Assembly: GCA_010405405.1 (NCBI GenBank)
Contig: MU004234.1
Span: 1,019,275-1,083,274 of the forward strand
From: Microthyrium microscopicum
Taxonomy: Eukaryota
DNA length: 64,000 nt
Direction: 5' to 3'
Shown here: piece after piece, positions 26,118 to 42,000 of the stretch
Numbering within the stretch: the stretch's first letter is position 1
Layout of the letters: the number at the start of each line of letters is the position of its first letter
Position numbers and translations under genes: made by a program
The notes under the pieces: generated by a model
What the model saw: the letters and a program-made list of their open reading frames with translations, nothing else
The model's database searches: none
Told to the model about the DNA's origin: nothing

Positions 26118-29100
26118 TATATAGTTTATTATAAGGTATATTTTTAATAGTAGCGCTAGTAAGTTATAATTAAGAGAGAGGGCAACTTAAGTAGAATAAT
26201 ATTAAGGAATATCGTATTTATATATTAGTAGTAGAATTAAGCTACTATGTAGGTTTAAGTCTTATTTAATTATTAGTAAATCATGTCCAAAATTATACTA
26301 ATAATAGCTATATAGATTAAATAGTCTCTATTATTTAACTTTACTAGGTTTAATCTTTTAACTTAAAATAATAAGCATTACTCTTATTTATAGTATTCTA
26401 TCTAAGAGTTATCTTACTATATATAGTAGCTTTATCTAATTTATTTACTTCGTAATTACTTACTAACCTAATATAAGCTATATTATCCGTTAATAATAGT
26501 TATTATTAAAAGTATAAGAGTCCTATATTTACTTTTTTATAGAAGATTAAAATAGCTTTAGTTTCTAAAAGAGGAGAATACTCTTAATAATATTATTACT
26601 AGAGTGCTTAGTATTATTTATAGATAACCATAAGCTATTAGTAATGCCTTAATACCTTAGAGGAGCATAAAATAGTACTTCTTTTCTTTAGCTTTCCTCT
26701 CTTCTTTACTTTATAATAATACTTATTTAGAATACTTATTAATATCTTAAACTCTTCTCTTACTTAATAATACCTTCTTCTAGTCTCTATAGTAACTTAA
26801 TATATATTTAATAATAAAGGCTATATAGTTCACCCTATACTATTCCTTTATGCTTAGTATAGTTACGTCTTATAATTCTATCTACTAGCTTTTCTTTACT
26901 ATTGTCTATCTAGCTCTCATCCCTACTATAGTTTACATATTAAAAGAAATTAACTATTAATAGCTACTTAGTCCTTACTATTATATAGATTATAGGTTTA
27001 TATTATCTTATAAAATACTTAGCGCTATTAGCGTTAGCCTTAGCCTACTATAGAATAACGATTTGCCCTAGTATCTATAGCATATTATACTATATTTAGG
27101 TAGTTATATTAAATAGCGTAGTTAAGAGAAGTAAGTTATTATTAACTTCTATAATCTTCTTACTTATTAGATTTTTAAATATATTTTAGTCTTAATTAAT
27201 ATTAGTTATCTAGCCTTTATACTTATTAATTTTACTAACTATCTAGTAGGATGCTAATCTATGAAAGATATAGGGTTATAAGCTATATCTAAATAGTCTT
27301 AACGACAGTTCTACTAATTACTTCTCTAAAGTTGCTATCTAATATAGTTAAATACCTCCTAAACTACTAGTTAAGTAAGAATAGTTAATATCTATTATAA
27401 AAGGCGATCCTATTACTAGTATTCTTATTAATAGTTATAGATAACTTTATATAGGTTCTAATTAATATAAGTAGTATTAGCATTACTATTTTGTTAACAA
27501 ATAAGTATTTAGATATTAGTAAGTTATAGAAGGTTATATTAGTCTATCTAGATAGTATTATAACAAATATAGATATTACGTCTTATTTAGTACGTCGTAT
27601 AGTCTTATAAGCTTCTATTCCTTACTACTGCATAATCTTAAATAGCGCTAGCCTTAATTAAGTTAAATAGAGATTTCTCTAGCTCTTTAATTAGGAGGAC
27701 TAACTTAGAACTAAAGTATTATAATATATATATACCTAATAGATTAGCGAAGAAGGATCTAATGCTTAGTTATTTAGCTTAGGAATAGCTCTTATTAGCG
27801 TAAGTTAGTTATAAGGTAGGTCTTTAGTTAATAGAAGGTTGCTAGTATAGTTACTATAATATAAAACTACTTAGAGCAGACTCTATTTCTTTATATATAA
27901 GTACTATTAGTCTATTAGTTTAATATAAAGAAGTAGTAGCTATATTACTTTATTTATTCTAAAGTACGTAAAGCTTTTTAGCTTATAGGTAATAGCTATT
28001 ATTAATATCTATTTCTATATATACTATAATATAATATATAGTTATAAAAGTAAAGTATATTAAATACCTAAGGCTAGGGTTAAATTAATCCTTTATAAAT
28101 TTAATTAACTATTATATATTTTTGTTATATTAAAGATGCTAGTATCCTAAATTAAATTAACTTAAACTTAGAATAAAAAGAGAACTAATAAAGCATATAA
28201 AATAAACCTTCTACCTTACTTTTATACCTAACTTTATTCCTTTATTATAAATACTAATATTATTATCTCTAGCCTTAGAGTAGAGTAACTAACTCTATAT
28301 ATATTAAACTATTAAGATAGTATCTAAATTAAAAAGTAAGGTCTATTATCGTAAATAGATAGTATATAACCTATCTAATCTTTATTTATTTAGAAGTAGT
28401 TCTTTTACGAAATATAGTTAAGCGTTATAATAAAGGTAAAATCTATATGTTTAATAGTAGTCGTAGACTTTATTAATACTATTAGGCGTCTATATATAAT
28501 ATATAGGCTAATAATAGTTAGCGTAGGTATATATCTTCTTTTAACTATTAGGAACTAGGCAATCTAATATATAATAATTAGGGAATAGTTAATTTTTATT
28601 TATATTATTAGCGTAAATCTATCTATACTTTTCGTCTTTCTATAAGTTAGTATAATAAACCTATATTAAATAAAGTAATTTAACTTACTAAGTTCTTATT
28701 ATTAGCTTTTATAGTATAGTTAACACTAAAGAGTATAATAAATATTACGTTAAATATAGCATTTATTTAACTATATTTACTATAGTCCTTAGTGTCCTTA
28801 AATAGCTTAGTTACGTTAACTTCTAGGCTACTAAGCTTAAATACTTAAAGATTATTAGAGTTAATATTATCGCTATTAAGTTTATAGAGCTTAAATATTA
28901 GTAGCACTTTAAGGTTATTATAGCTACGCTCTTTATTTACGTAATAAGTATACTTAAGGAGTATAAGGCAGAAGTTTTATTAAAGAGTTAGTCTACTATT
29001 ATTAACGTGCTAGATAACATAGTTTATAACCTTAGTAAATTCTTATACTTCTAGGATTACATTATAGTTCTAATCCTTATTCTAGTAAGAATTAACTATA

Positions 29101-30249
29101 GTATATACTCTAAAGACTATAGTATATTTATTAAAGTAGCCTATAACCTATTATAAGTAGTTAGTTATATTAAATATTTACTTTTTTACTTATTATATAT
29201 ATATAGAGAGTTTAGTACTATTTATCTACTATAGTTACTAATATAATTTAATAATAGGACGAAGAGTTAAAGATAAAATATTATAAGTATAAAAGTATAA
29301 TAGTATAAAAGTTATAAGGCTAGGAAGTTAAAAGTAGTTAGATAGAGAAGAAAGTAAGATAATAGAATAGGAATATTTATAGAAAATGCTAAATATCTAA
29401 TTCCTAATCTAGACGTAGAAGTATCTAAATAGTAGCTTAAAGTTACTAATTATATATATTACTAACTTATATATAGTTAATCCTTATACGAATTAGTATT
29501 ATTAATTAGGAAAATATAAGAATATTCCTTAATAAGAAAGAGGAGAATATAAGTATTATTAAATATAATACTAAGTAGAACTTATAATAAGTATGCTATT
29601 AATTGTGCTTACTATTAATAATATCTATCTAATAGACTAGCCTTTTTAAGTAACTAGCCATTTATATAGACGTCTATATAGAGGCTACTAAAGACTTCTT
29701 CCTTAGTAGTAAAGTACTTAGATAGAGTATTAATACTAATAAAGCTATAAGAACTCTCCTTCTTAAACTAAAAGTAGTAATATTAGTATTATAAAGTAAA
29801 TACTAGGTATCTAGAGACTACTTATCTAAATATACTAGACTTGCTTATAGAATTATATAATATCTACTTAATTAGTAAAATATTCTAGCTATAATAAGTA
29901 TATTACTAATTAAAATCCTCCTTATAGGCTCTAGTTAGGTATAATTTACTAAAGCCTACCTTAAAGTAGCCTCTTAATATACGCTTCTACTTATAAAGTT
30001 AACTTTTTAGTAAATACTACTTTCTTATATTTCTATAGAAATTCTATAGTATACCTATTAACTTTTATTATAGATTCTTATAGTAATATTTATATTATAA
30101 TACTAAGTAAGTATTTAGTATTCTTTATAATTATATAAATAACTAAAGTAAAGTTAATAAGCTCTTTAATTACTTAAATTAATTAGACTATTATTATTAA
30201 CCTAACTAAGCTAGACTTCCCTAATTAATCTTCTCTCTTCCTAGCTAGT

Positions 30250-30530
30250 ATAGAGGCTATTCTAGTCGTTAATAGGAATAAGTAACTAATAATGCCTAAA
30301 TTAATTAACTTAATAAAGATAAACTTACTAGATTACTCTTCTTTTCTCCTAATTAGTATTAATACTAGTCTAGTTATTAATTAAGAAGATTTAATAATAA
30401 TATCTAGATTAATAGACTTAATAAAGATTAAATTAGCTAAAGCTCTACTAGTCCTCCTAGTTAATACTAATTATAGTCTAGTTATTAATTAGTTTAGTTT
30501 AATAACACTTCCTAAGGTAATAAGCAAGTT
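30250..30530. repeat. 108-bp degenerate tandem repeat (~3 units)
   Basis: AGTCTAGTTATTAATTA at 30367 and 30475, with a related ATTCTAGTCGTTAAT at 30259. Confidence 0.55.
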
Positions 30531-31409
30531 ATATTTACTAATAGACTCCTAGCTAGATTTAACTATAAATTACTACTTTAATAAATAGTAGGCGCATCTA
30601 ATTAATCTTATAAATATCCTAACTATAGCAATAAGATTTATAGCTAATTCTTATAATTTATTAGCCTCTAGATATAGTCTTATTACTAAAAGTATATAAT
30701 AGCTATATATATATTAATTGCGCTATAAGAGTAGGTATAGGTATAGTTACTAATATAATAAGGCTTAATACTCTCTACTTCTATCTTAAGATTTATATAC
30801 CTCTTAGGGGTATAACTAAGATATATAGTAACTATCTCTACCTATAGTATAATAGTAGTTTACTCTATAGGCTCTATAAATATTATTATCTCTATAACGC
30901 GCTAAGAAACATTAGTACTCTAAATTGTATAAGTATAGGTTTAGAGACTAGTACCTTTAAAATAATCTTACTACTATAATATCTATATGCTATGTATATT
31001 CCTCCTCTAAGTTATATTTATTAGATTTTAATACTATTGTAGTAAAGATTAAATGTAAGAATTAAGAGAGTATTAATTTATTTTACATAGTTTATAATTT
31101 AAGAAGTTTTAGTATTATATAGCATTCTAGCTATACGTTAATTAAGTATTAAAAGAATTATAGGATTAGGTTCTAGGTATGCCTAGCGATGCGTAGGATC
31201 TAAATATTAGGTTTAATATAAAAAAGAAGGAAGGATATATAAACTAGAGATATTAGTAGAATTTTAGTAATCTTTAATTATTCTCTAAGTCTCTCTCTTT
31301 AGTAGCTTAGGAAGGAAAGTATTAAGAATTTTATTAATTAATATATTATATACTATAATAGTTATAAAATTGCTACCTACTACTACCTACAAACTATCTA
31401 TAGCCTAGC

Positions 31410-31636
31410 TATAATAATTCCTCTTTACAGGCTTCATAGTAGTATTATAAGAGAGATCTTATTACAAGATTACGTACTAGACCTAAGGAGGTTAGCGCGC
31501 CTAAGGATCTGCTAAGTAAACTTATATCCCTTATAGATCTATAGCTCTTCTAGATCTTCTTCTCTCTCTCTCCTATTTATAGATTCTAGAATATAATCTA
31601 ATTATCTACTTACTCTAAGTTCTATAGCTCGTTATA
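31410..31636 (+). repeat. 5' LTR
   Basis: 227 bp, collinear with 38838-39064. Differences are C/T and G/A transitions; the TG..CA ends are mutated to TA..TA. Confidence 0.95.
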
Positions 31637-34399
31637 TAATCTATGAACTATTTAACTACTTGCGCGCTTATACTACGTACTCTAGAATTTACTTCCAAAG
31701 AAGCGCCTATATAGATTAATATCCTATACGCATAGTCTTAGACCCTATTAAAGATCCTTTATAGATTTACTAAATCTATTAGCCCTACTAACCCCTTATC
31801 TAATTAAAACGTTAGGATTCCCTAATACTCTTTAACCTATTAATAGTCTAAGTATTAATTACCTCTTATCCTTAATTCTATAGAATACTAAAGTTTGTCT
31901 TCTATACTACTACTAAAATATCTATAATTATACTTAATATACTTACTATTAAAACGCGCTAAATAAATAAGCGTTTCCTCCTAGTACCCTTCTTTATTAT
32001 TTATAACTATAGCTAATAAGGCTCTTAATTAATAAACCTAAGTTAATAGCTACATAGCTTACTTACTATCCCTAATTACTTATACTTAGCCTAATAATTA
32101 GTACCTATCCTTATCTCTTATATACTTATATTACCTATCTCTATTATATTGCCTCTCTACTATATATGCTAAGTATTAAAGTAGACCTAATACTTAAGAT
32201 ATAGTATAACTAGATACTACCTAGAAAGTAGTAGATTTAGTAGAGAGCGTCTTAAGACTATTAAAACTACTAAAACTAAACTTAAGAGCGTTATTAAAAG
32301 ATAAAAACAAGTTAGAAGATAATTATCTATTAGAATAAGGCTATAAAGGTAAAGAGACTAAAGTAATAAAAGACGCCCCTTAAAATACTAGTTAAATAAC
32401 TTTACTAAACTAAATAAATATAAGAGATAACTAGTTACTAGCTCCTTTCTAACCTAATAATAATACTAGACTTTCTCCTAGAATATATAAATAGCTAATA
32501 GAACTACGCTAGCAAGCTAAAGGCTCTAGAGTACTATCTATATTAATATCTTACTACCCTATAGTAGTAAACCTTAATTAACTAGTTACTCTAACTATTA
32601 ATAAGAACCCTCTAATCTTCTAAGCTACTTAAGTACAAAAGATGCCTAATAAAGAAGGTAATAAGCTAAAAGATATAGGAGTATACCTCTATTATAAAGA
32701 AAAGCAATTAGACCTTTGCTACTACTCTTACTACCTAATTAAATTAAGTACGAACCTAAAACGTCTATTAAAAGAAGAGATTACGTTAGACAACTTAGTT
32801 ATATAGCTCTACGTCTTATTATTAACCTCTTAAACTATAGCCTACCTCTTTAAAATTAAGTAAAATATAAATACTTATAATATAGACTTAATCTACACTC
32901 TCTAGGAAGAAGCTCTAAAAGCTTAAAGAGAGATATAAAACTTAGCTAAAACTAATAATAAACGCGTAAAGTAGATTACTTACCTTAAAGCATAAATCTA
33001 AGATAATACTATTACTCTTAAGGAAGTAGCAACTACCTACTAGAAGGTATAAAAACTATAATATAATAATAATCTACTTAAGGAAGTACTTACTACCTAC
33101 GTTAATAAGATTAGTAAATACTATAAAGCTCTATAAGAGAAGGTAGATAAAGCTATTATCCTTTAAGCCTAGGTTAACGCTCTCTAAAAGAAACTCTTAG
33201 CTACTAAGGTAACTAATCCTTATCTTAATTATAATAAGTTAGTAAATAATAATCTATTTTGCTAAACCTCCTTAGCTTAAGATATAGACTAACCTAACTT
33301 AAATATACCTCTAAGGGCACTAGACTTATATTAAACTACTCTCTTCTCTAACCTTAACTTAATTAGTAACGCCTCTCTTCTTAAAGTATAGAGCAACAAG
33401 CCTTTACTCTTCTTAGAAAAGAATAAACAAAAGTACTACGCTTAGAAAGGTAAAGTATTAAATTACCTTAATAATAATGCATAAGTCTATCTTATAAAAG
33501 CCTCTAAAATCTAAGTTATCTAAGGAGTAATAAAGGATTAGGTATTTAGTACTATTAATAAGTAGAGTAACTATAAGTTAACTAATCTATATTTATTTAT
33601 AGCAAAGATATAGTCTAATCTAGACTATAAGTATAGTATTAAAAATAGCTATATTACTACCAAAACCTAGCTCAAAAGTTAAGAGGCTATAATAAAGCCT
33701 ACTAAGAAGCTTAAATAATTTCTAGCTTACTTCTTAAAGAACTCACGAGAAGCTAAGCTTAGTAATCAAGATAAGATTATTAAAATATATCCCCTTCTAC
33801 TCCTAAAGTTTATAAAGAAAGTACTCTTTATAGAATTAAAAATATTTACTAACTTCCTTAAGAGCTTATATACTATTACTTATTATATTAAATACGTCCC
33901 CTTTACTAATCTACAAAGCTATAATAATAATAATTATCTAGCAACTAAGGATAGTAAATAAAAACTAAAGTTTAACTACCCTTTAGATATTTATAATGCC
34001 TTAAAGGCTAATAACTATTATATAAAATATAAAGAGAAGGGCTATAGCTATTAGCATAACTTAGTACTATATAAAGATAGAGACGCCTTTTTAGACGCTA
34101 AAATCTAACTAAAGGTTACTACTATTATTATAGAGTTTACTACTATCTATAATTAAATCGCTACTTAATCTCCTTAGTTCCTAACTGTAGAGAATAATTA
34201 TAATAAGTACAATTATAGCAATAATATAGAAAACTAAAAGCTTCTCTATAAAGACACGCGAAGGAGCTAAATAAGTAAGAAGTATATAATTAGTAACGAA
34301 AAAAGGAGGAACCTAATCCTAAGCTAGTTCTCTCTAAAGAATAAATTTAATATAAGGTTAATAAAACCATTTAGTGCCTAGAAAGTAATCTCTAATAAG

Positions 34400-37300
34400 C
34401 ATTATCTCTAGAGCCTATTATATTTAATAATACTAAACTAGCTATTATTAAGATATCCTTTACCTCTATAGTATACAATTTCCGTCTCTAAGAAGTAGCT
34501 ACTATACCTATAGTAAGCAACTAATAAACTACCTCTAGTACTACATTCTCTTTAAAATAAGGCTACTACTTAAAAATTAACATCCTTATAGACACTAGTA
34601 GTAGAGCAATAGAAATCATTCACCCTAACTTTATTAAATAATATAGGATCTCTACTATTAATCTCTCTACCTCCTAAATTATACAATTAGCTAATAGTAA
34701 AGTTATTATAAAAGTTAATAAAGCTACTATAGTTAACATCTATTTAGGAGGGCATATTAAATAAATCTACTACTTCATTATAAACATTACTAGCTATAAC
34801 CTTATTCTTAGTAACCCTTAGATTAACCTCTATAAAGTTACTCTTAAAGAAGGTAAGAAGTAAATTTACTTTAACTTAGACTACTACCTTATATACTACT
34901 TACTAGCAGACTACCTAATCTTAGTAAATTATAAGGGCTACTTAATTAATCTAATAAACCCTTACTTTAAAAATATTACTATAATTAGTACTACTACCTT
35001 TATTAAGTTACTAAAATAAGGCTAGTAATTTAGCAAAATCTAACCTAATAACTTTAAAGATAAAAAGGAAAAGAAACCTCTAAATCTAGATCCTATACTA
35101 AAGAAAGATGTTACTATTAACTTAGATAAAATCTTACCTAAGGATTTTAAAAAATAGTAAAAAAAGTATAATAAGCCTTTCCTCTTATAAGAAGAGATTC
35201 TTAAATGCCTACTAAAGAAATATTACTATTATATAGACGTCTTTAACCTAAAATTAGGTAATAAACTTATACTATACTATAGTAAATAGGATTACTCTAT
35301 TAATATTATTCTAGACGCTATGATCCCTAAATACTACTATAATAACCTAGGTTACTAGGAATCTCTTATTATTAAATAATATATTAATTAAATACTTAGT
35401 TAAAATTAAGTTTAAGCTAGTAAGTTACATTACGCTATACTAATGCTATATATATATAAGCTAGAAGAAGAAATTTAAGTTTATATTAATTATTATAGAC
35501 TTAATAAGATTATATAAAAGAATTATAACGTCCCTCTATAGCTACTAGAAATACTTATTTATATCTATTATGCAAAATACTTCTCTAAATTTAACGTTAT
35601 TACTACCTTTATATATATCTGCATTAAACCTAGCAATAAATATAAAACTATATTCCTAACTTATTATAAGTTATATAAATTTAAAGTTATGCCCTTTAGC
35701 CTTACTAAAGCCTTAAGGACCTTCTAAGCTTATCTTAACTATATCCTAATTAATTACCTAGATAACTTTATTATAGGCTATATAAATAATCTATTAGTCT
35801 TTAGTAATACTAAAGCTAGCTATACTACCTATACCTACTTAGTCCTAAAAGTAATAAGCAAAGCAAGATTATACTTAGATATCTAGAAGTATAAATTTAA
35901 CACTTAACAAATTAAATACCTTAGCCTAATTATTACTACTAAAGGCATTAAGATAAACCTAGAAAAGGTTTAAAGCATAATTAACTAGTAATATTCCTCT
36001 TTAGTAAAAGATATTTAAGCTTTCCTTAGCTTTACTAACTTCTACTACTAATTTATTCTTAAATATTTAAAGACTATAGTACTACTAATAGTACTTATAA
36101 AGAAGGACGCTATAATAATCTTCCCTTAAGACCTTAATAGGCTAAAGGAACGTACGTTTAAGAAGCTAAAGCAAGACTTTACGTCTACTAAGATATTACG
36201 TTACTTTAATTATATAAAAGAAACATAGCTAGAGATAGACGCCTTAGATTAGATTTATACTATAATCCTCTCTTAAAAAGATAATAATAGGAAGCTTTAC
36301 CTAGTTATGTACCTCTTAAAGAAGATAACCCTAGTAGAATATAATTATAATATTTATAATAAAGAGCTTCTAGCTATTATCTATGCATTTAAAAAGTAGA
36401 AACTAGAGCTATTTAGCTTTATTAATCCTATTTAAGTATTCTCTAATTACTATAACCTTTAGACGTTCATAATAATAAAACGTCTCTCTTAATAATAAGC
36501 TAAATAAGCTAAGTTCCTTTCCTAGTTTTACTTTAAAATAAAGTACTACCTAAGTATAACTAATAAAAAGGCAAATACCCTTACCTATTAGTTATAAGAT
36601 ATTCTATAAAGTAATAATAACCCTTACGTCTCTTAATAAGTCTAACCTTTACTATTCTTATACTAATTTAATACAAAACATATAATAAAGCTAGCTATAT
36701 TACTTATTAAACCTACCTACCTCTTAATACTATACTTAGCTACTATTACTTAGAATAAGTTAAATATTTCTAATCCTATAGGTAAGCTACTTAATCCTAT
36801 AGAAGAGTCTCTTAGTAATAATAAGACGCCTAAAAATAAGCTACTTAATTCCTTAAGAGATAATCTATCCCTAGATTTTAATAGTAACTAGTTCCTATAG
36901 GATATTATAAACGTAGCAAAGTACAATAAAATAATAATTACTATTCGCTACGCTAAGACTAATTACTAGCTCTTCTTACCCTTTAGTACTTTAGAATAAG
37001 AGTAAATTAAGCTTAAAGACTATATAGTAGCTACTAATAAAATAATCCTTTACTATAACTAGATTTTTATTCTTTAAAATAAGCTTTAGCGTTGCGCTAT
37101 ATAGAGCACGCATAGCTATAAAGCTATAGGCTATAATAAAGTAGTAATAACTTACTACTACTTATAAAAAGATTACTAGTAGCCTAAGATATTATAAAAC
37201 GTTAAGAGCTTTATTAAAGGCTATAAATACGTATTTACTAAACTTATTCACTAAAAGAAGTAAGGCTTCCTACGTTAATTCTCTCTCCTAGAGCGCGCAT

Positions 37301-38420
37301 AGTCTAATATCTCTATTAACTTTACTATCTTACTACCTTACTATTTATACTAAGGTATAATCTATTAATATGTTATAATAGTTATTAACTAATATATATA
37401 AACCTAACGTTTTATCCTACTACTAGATCTATTTATAGACTTAATAGTACTAGCCTTTATTAACTACGTATAGAAGCTTATTAGTTAACTATTAATAATT
37501 CTCTTAAACTATAATAGCTAATTTACTTCTACGTTTTAGAAGTACTTATACAAATATGTAGGCATAATACTCTATCTTAGTATAGCATTTTACCTTAAAA
37601 CTAATAGTATAATAAAAATCTTAATCGCTATACTTAAGTAGTTCTTACGCGCGTTTATTAACTAGGATTAAGATAACTAGGTAGCCCTTCTACCCTTTAC
37701 TAAATTTATAGTTAATTCTACTATAAATGCTACTATAGGAGTTACATCCTTTAAAGCTCAAAATAGATTTAACCCTTATTTAGGCCTTAAGTCCTTATAT
37801 TATCTCCCAAAACCTATAAATGCCTCTATAGCTACTAATAAAGAAGCTATTAATATAGATATAATGTAGAGAGAACGCGCTAAGATATATAATTACCTAA
37901 TAGAGCAATTAATCTAGGCATAAGCTTAGTAAGCAGAATATGCTAACTACTATTACTATATAGCTCTAAACTTATTACTAAGTAACTAGGTTTACTTAGA
38001 TATATAGAATTACCCTACTTTATATTCCTTAAAGACTCTAGACAATAAGAACATAAGTTTCTTCTATATAATTAAGAAAATTAATACTATTACCTATAAA
38101 CTTAATCTCTCCTCTTTAATAAAGATATATAATATCTTCTATACCTAGGTCCTCTACTATATTATAGATAACGCTAAGCTACTTAAGTATACTAATCTAC
38201 TACTAGTAGTTATTAAAGAAACTATAAATAATAATAAATAGTCTATTAACGCTATTATTAATAGCTACTTTACTAGTTAATATAAGAAGCTATAATACAA
38301 GATTAAGTATACTAATTATAACAAAGCTAAATAGTATAATTAGATAGTTACTAAGAACGTACTAAAGCTTATTACTAAGTTTTATACTTAGCACTCTAGC
38401 AAGCTAGGCCTATATTCTAC
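34400..38420 (+). pseudogene. Gypsy pol relic (protease, RT, RNase H, integrase, chromodomain)
   Basis: Raw FSKFNVITTF..I.IKPSNKYKTIF...KFKVMPFSL (RT), GYINNLLVFS (YxDD, 35779-35790), LEIDALD and NYNIYNKELLAII (RNase H), A*SNISINF and FYLKTNS (integrase), *SINAIINS...LxYKIK (chromodomain ~38240). Boundaries approximate; gag-like sequence lies upstream (~32.4-34.4 kb). Confidence 0.9.
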
Positions 38421-38837
38421 CTAAATACTACTAATACTAGAGCCTACTAGTAATAGTATTAATTATAACTCTAATAGCGTTCTTACTAATTAGGAGAAGT
38501 AAATAATTATACTACTAATTCCTCTATACTAATAGGATTACTAACTACTAAACTACTAAGACTTAAGAACCAAAGTATTCTAAGGACATCTTAAGGTTTA
38601 TTAATACTTCTTAATAGTTGCCTTAGCAGGCTAAAGGTTAAGATGCTCTAAATAACTAATAAGGTTAGTATTATACTATAAAAGGATTAAAATATTATTT
38701 ATTATTAAAAGTTTATTAAACTAGACTAGACTAGACTAGACTAAACTAAACTAAATAGAATTAGAATAGAATAAATTAAGAAAGTAGTTATAATTAGTAA
38801 TCTATAGCTTAAAGAGCTATACTAAAGAAGAGAGTTA

Positions 38838-39064
38838 TATAATAATTCCTCTTTATAGGCTTTATAGCGATATTATAAGAGAAATCTTATTATAAAATTA
38901 TATACTAGACTTAAGGAGGTTAGCACGCCTAAGGATCTACTAAGCAGACTTATATCCCTTATAGATCTATAGCTCTTCTAGATCTTCTTCTCTCTCTCTC
39001 TTATTTATAGATTCTAGAATACAATCTAATTATCTACTCGCTCTAAGTTCCGCAGCTCGTCACA
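38838..39064 (+). repeat. 3' LTR
   Basis: 227 bp, ends ...CGTCACA followed by the TSD CTAGC. Confidence 0.95.
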
Positions 39065-42000
39065 CTAGCTAAGTAAATCTAGACCTTATTTAACTATCTA
39101 TTTAAGTAGTTCTATATATTCTATTTTCTTCTTAGATAACTTAGCTTTAGACGTAGATAGTTTATTAATTAGGCCTAATGTAAAAGACATATCCTAAGAT
39201 TTGCTTCTTAATAGTATATTACTAAGTAAAATTTAACTACGCTTTAAAAGACTAGTATTAAGAGATAACTAGGATTTGCCTTTAATAAGCTTAACGATAT
39301 TTAGATTATTATTTATAAAGAAGTTGTCTTCTAGTTTATATATACTAGGATTATTCTAAATATAAGGATCTTATATTTCTAAGCTTTACTATACCTTACC
39401 TCTATTAATAAAGTAGTAATTAATAAGTAATTTATAATGCTTTCTATTTTCTAGGTAAATATATAGAATATTAGGCTTATAGAGATATAAAAGACCTTTC
39501 TATCTACTATCTTTATAGAATTATAGAACTATTTCTAGATACTTATTAACGTAAGTAGAGACTAGGCTAAGATACTTAATATTATAAGATTCTTATATAA
39601 TAAAGCTATTATATTTAATCTTATTCTTATTAAGAGTATTAGCTTCATCTTAAGTCTCTTTATTATAAAGAGTTAGGCTTTAAACGTCTAGCTAGTTAGT
39701 ATATAGTAAGTAAGCATTATAAGTAAAAGACTAGTTTATATTTATTACTTAACTTAATAGTCTATTATCTACTATTGCTATAGTTATAGTTTACTCTTCT
39801 AGTTAAAGTATTAAAGAAGTACGCTTAGTATTAGGATTAAGTAGAGTATTAGCTATATCTAGTTTTTATCTATAATTCTTATTTAGTACTAATGTTTTAG
39901 GTTAAATATTAGGATATTATTTATAGGTTATTAAATTCATAGTTTCTTATTAGGCTTAGAATTATATAATAGTAGATAGAAGTCTTTCTTAGATATAGAA
40001 AGGGTCTTAAGGAATACTACTAGTATAGGTTATAGAGTTAAGTTATAATATAGTCTATAGAAAGTCTAGATATATATAAGTATTTTTAAGGTTAGCTAGT
40101 TATAGTTTAGGCAAAGTATTATTAGCTACCTCCTAGGCCTATTATATAAGATTCTATAGGTATTATAAAATAGGTATTAGGTATATTAAGATAATAGATA
40201 AGTAGTTAAAATATATAGGTAGGATATAGTTAGTTAAAGAGTAGAGGAAGTATTTAGAATTAAATTATTAGTAGTTATAGACTTATAGTATAAATATAAT
40301 AGAATTTTATAAAGTTTATTAACATTAGATAATTTATTATAATATTAGAGTATTATTATAAAGACATTAGCTTAATAGTAGTAAGTTATATTAATATTAA
40401 TCTATTATATTAGTTTATTAGGCTACTTAATAACCCTAAGGCCTCTATCTAGTTTAGTTAGTAAACGTTTAAAAAGATTTAAAAGATTTAATAAACGTTT
40501 TAATTAGTTTTAGAAGATTTAGTAAACCTTTTAATTAGATTTTATACCTTTTAAGCTTAAATAAAAGTATTAAGGATATTTAACATTAATTACTAGAGTA
40601 ATAAGTATAGCATATTAATCTAAACTAATTATACCTATAACTTACTAAATACTATATTCTATCTAAGTTCTATAGCTAAGGTTAAGAATATTATAAAAAA
40701 CTAATATACTAGCTTCTTTTATATCTAATATTAGGTTATATATATTATAGTAAGTATTACTAGAAAGATAGCTCTTATTAGTTACGCTTATTATAACCTT
40801 AACTACATTAACGTACCTTAATATATAGACCTATGTAATCTTTTCTAGCCTAAGGTTATAGCAGAAGAGGGAGTAGTATAAATAGTATAGTAGCTATACC
40901 TTATATTAAAGGCTATAGATAATAGGGTAAATAGAATAAATTAAATAAAGTAATGAAAAGTAGAAGGAATAGTTAAATAGACTTATAACAAATCTAGTAA
41001 AGAAATAATAGACTTATACCCTACTTTCTAAATAAAGAATATTAATTAATTAATAAGATAGATATTATAAGGTTAAGATAAGGCATATCTTAGTAAGTAA
41101 AGAGAATCTATAATACTAATAGATAGATATACTTATAATATTTAAAGAGTATATTCCTTATTTACCTAAATAAAAGATTGTTAATATCTTAGCTAAACTT
41201 AAGAGGAATCCTAGCGTGCATTATAGCTTATAATAGTTAGAGAGAGTAAAGAACTAGAGGTCCTTATCCTTAATATTAGCTCTTATTATTTTAGATTAAT
41301 TAAGAGTTAAAATAGTATAGATTAACGTTAAATACGCTACTAGCGTATTTACTATATAATAATTATATGTAATTAAAACAACCTAATTTTAGTTAGGACT
41401 TAAGAATAAATAAGGTAGTAGGCTATAAATATTTTCTAAGTTTCTAAGATAGAAAGTTAGTTATTAAGTTATCTAGTAGATATTACTTAATAAAGAGAAC
41501 TATTTATATAAATAATATATAATTTAGATTATATATAAGAAATAGAGCAGTAGGCTAGTATTTTATCTAATATACTAGTATAAAAGGATATCTTAAGTAA
41601 TACTTATTATTTTAAGAAGTATTTTTAGGCGTTAACTAAGTACTCTAATCTTTAAGCGTAAGAATACTTAGAATATTAAGTTCATTAGTAATATAAAGAT
41701 TAAGGAATTAATATTAGTTAGTTAATATAACTAACTAGAGTCTATATATCTTAAGCATAGCTAATTAGTAAGAAATAGGTAAAATACTTAGTATTTAACC
41801 TATTTCTATTAGGTTAAAAGGAACTAATAAGATAATTATAATTATAGAGTAGCGATTAGGCGTTTAAATAGCTATTACTTACTATAAGCTTTTAAGATAA
41901 AAGAAACTTAAAAACATTTTTAAAACTTACTATTTCTTAGTTTTACTTTAGTTAATCTTAGGAAGACAATTTATATTTAGATATTACTTAATTAGTTAAG

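Larger units (their letters stand above)
31410..39064 (+). mobile_element. Full-length RIP-inactivated Ty3/Gypsy LTR retrotransposon (chromovirus), 7655 bp
   Basis: Two 227-bp LTRs, 5-bp TSD CTAGC (31405-31409, 39065-39069), a purine-rich tract before the 3' LTR, and pol domain order RT-RNaseH-IN-chromodomain. Confidence 0.96.
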
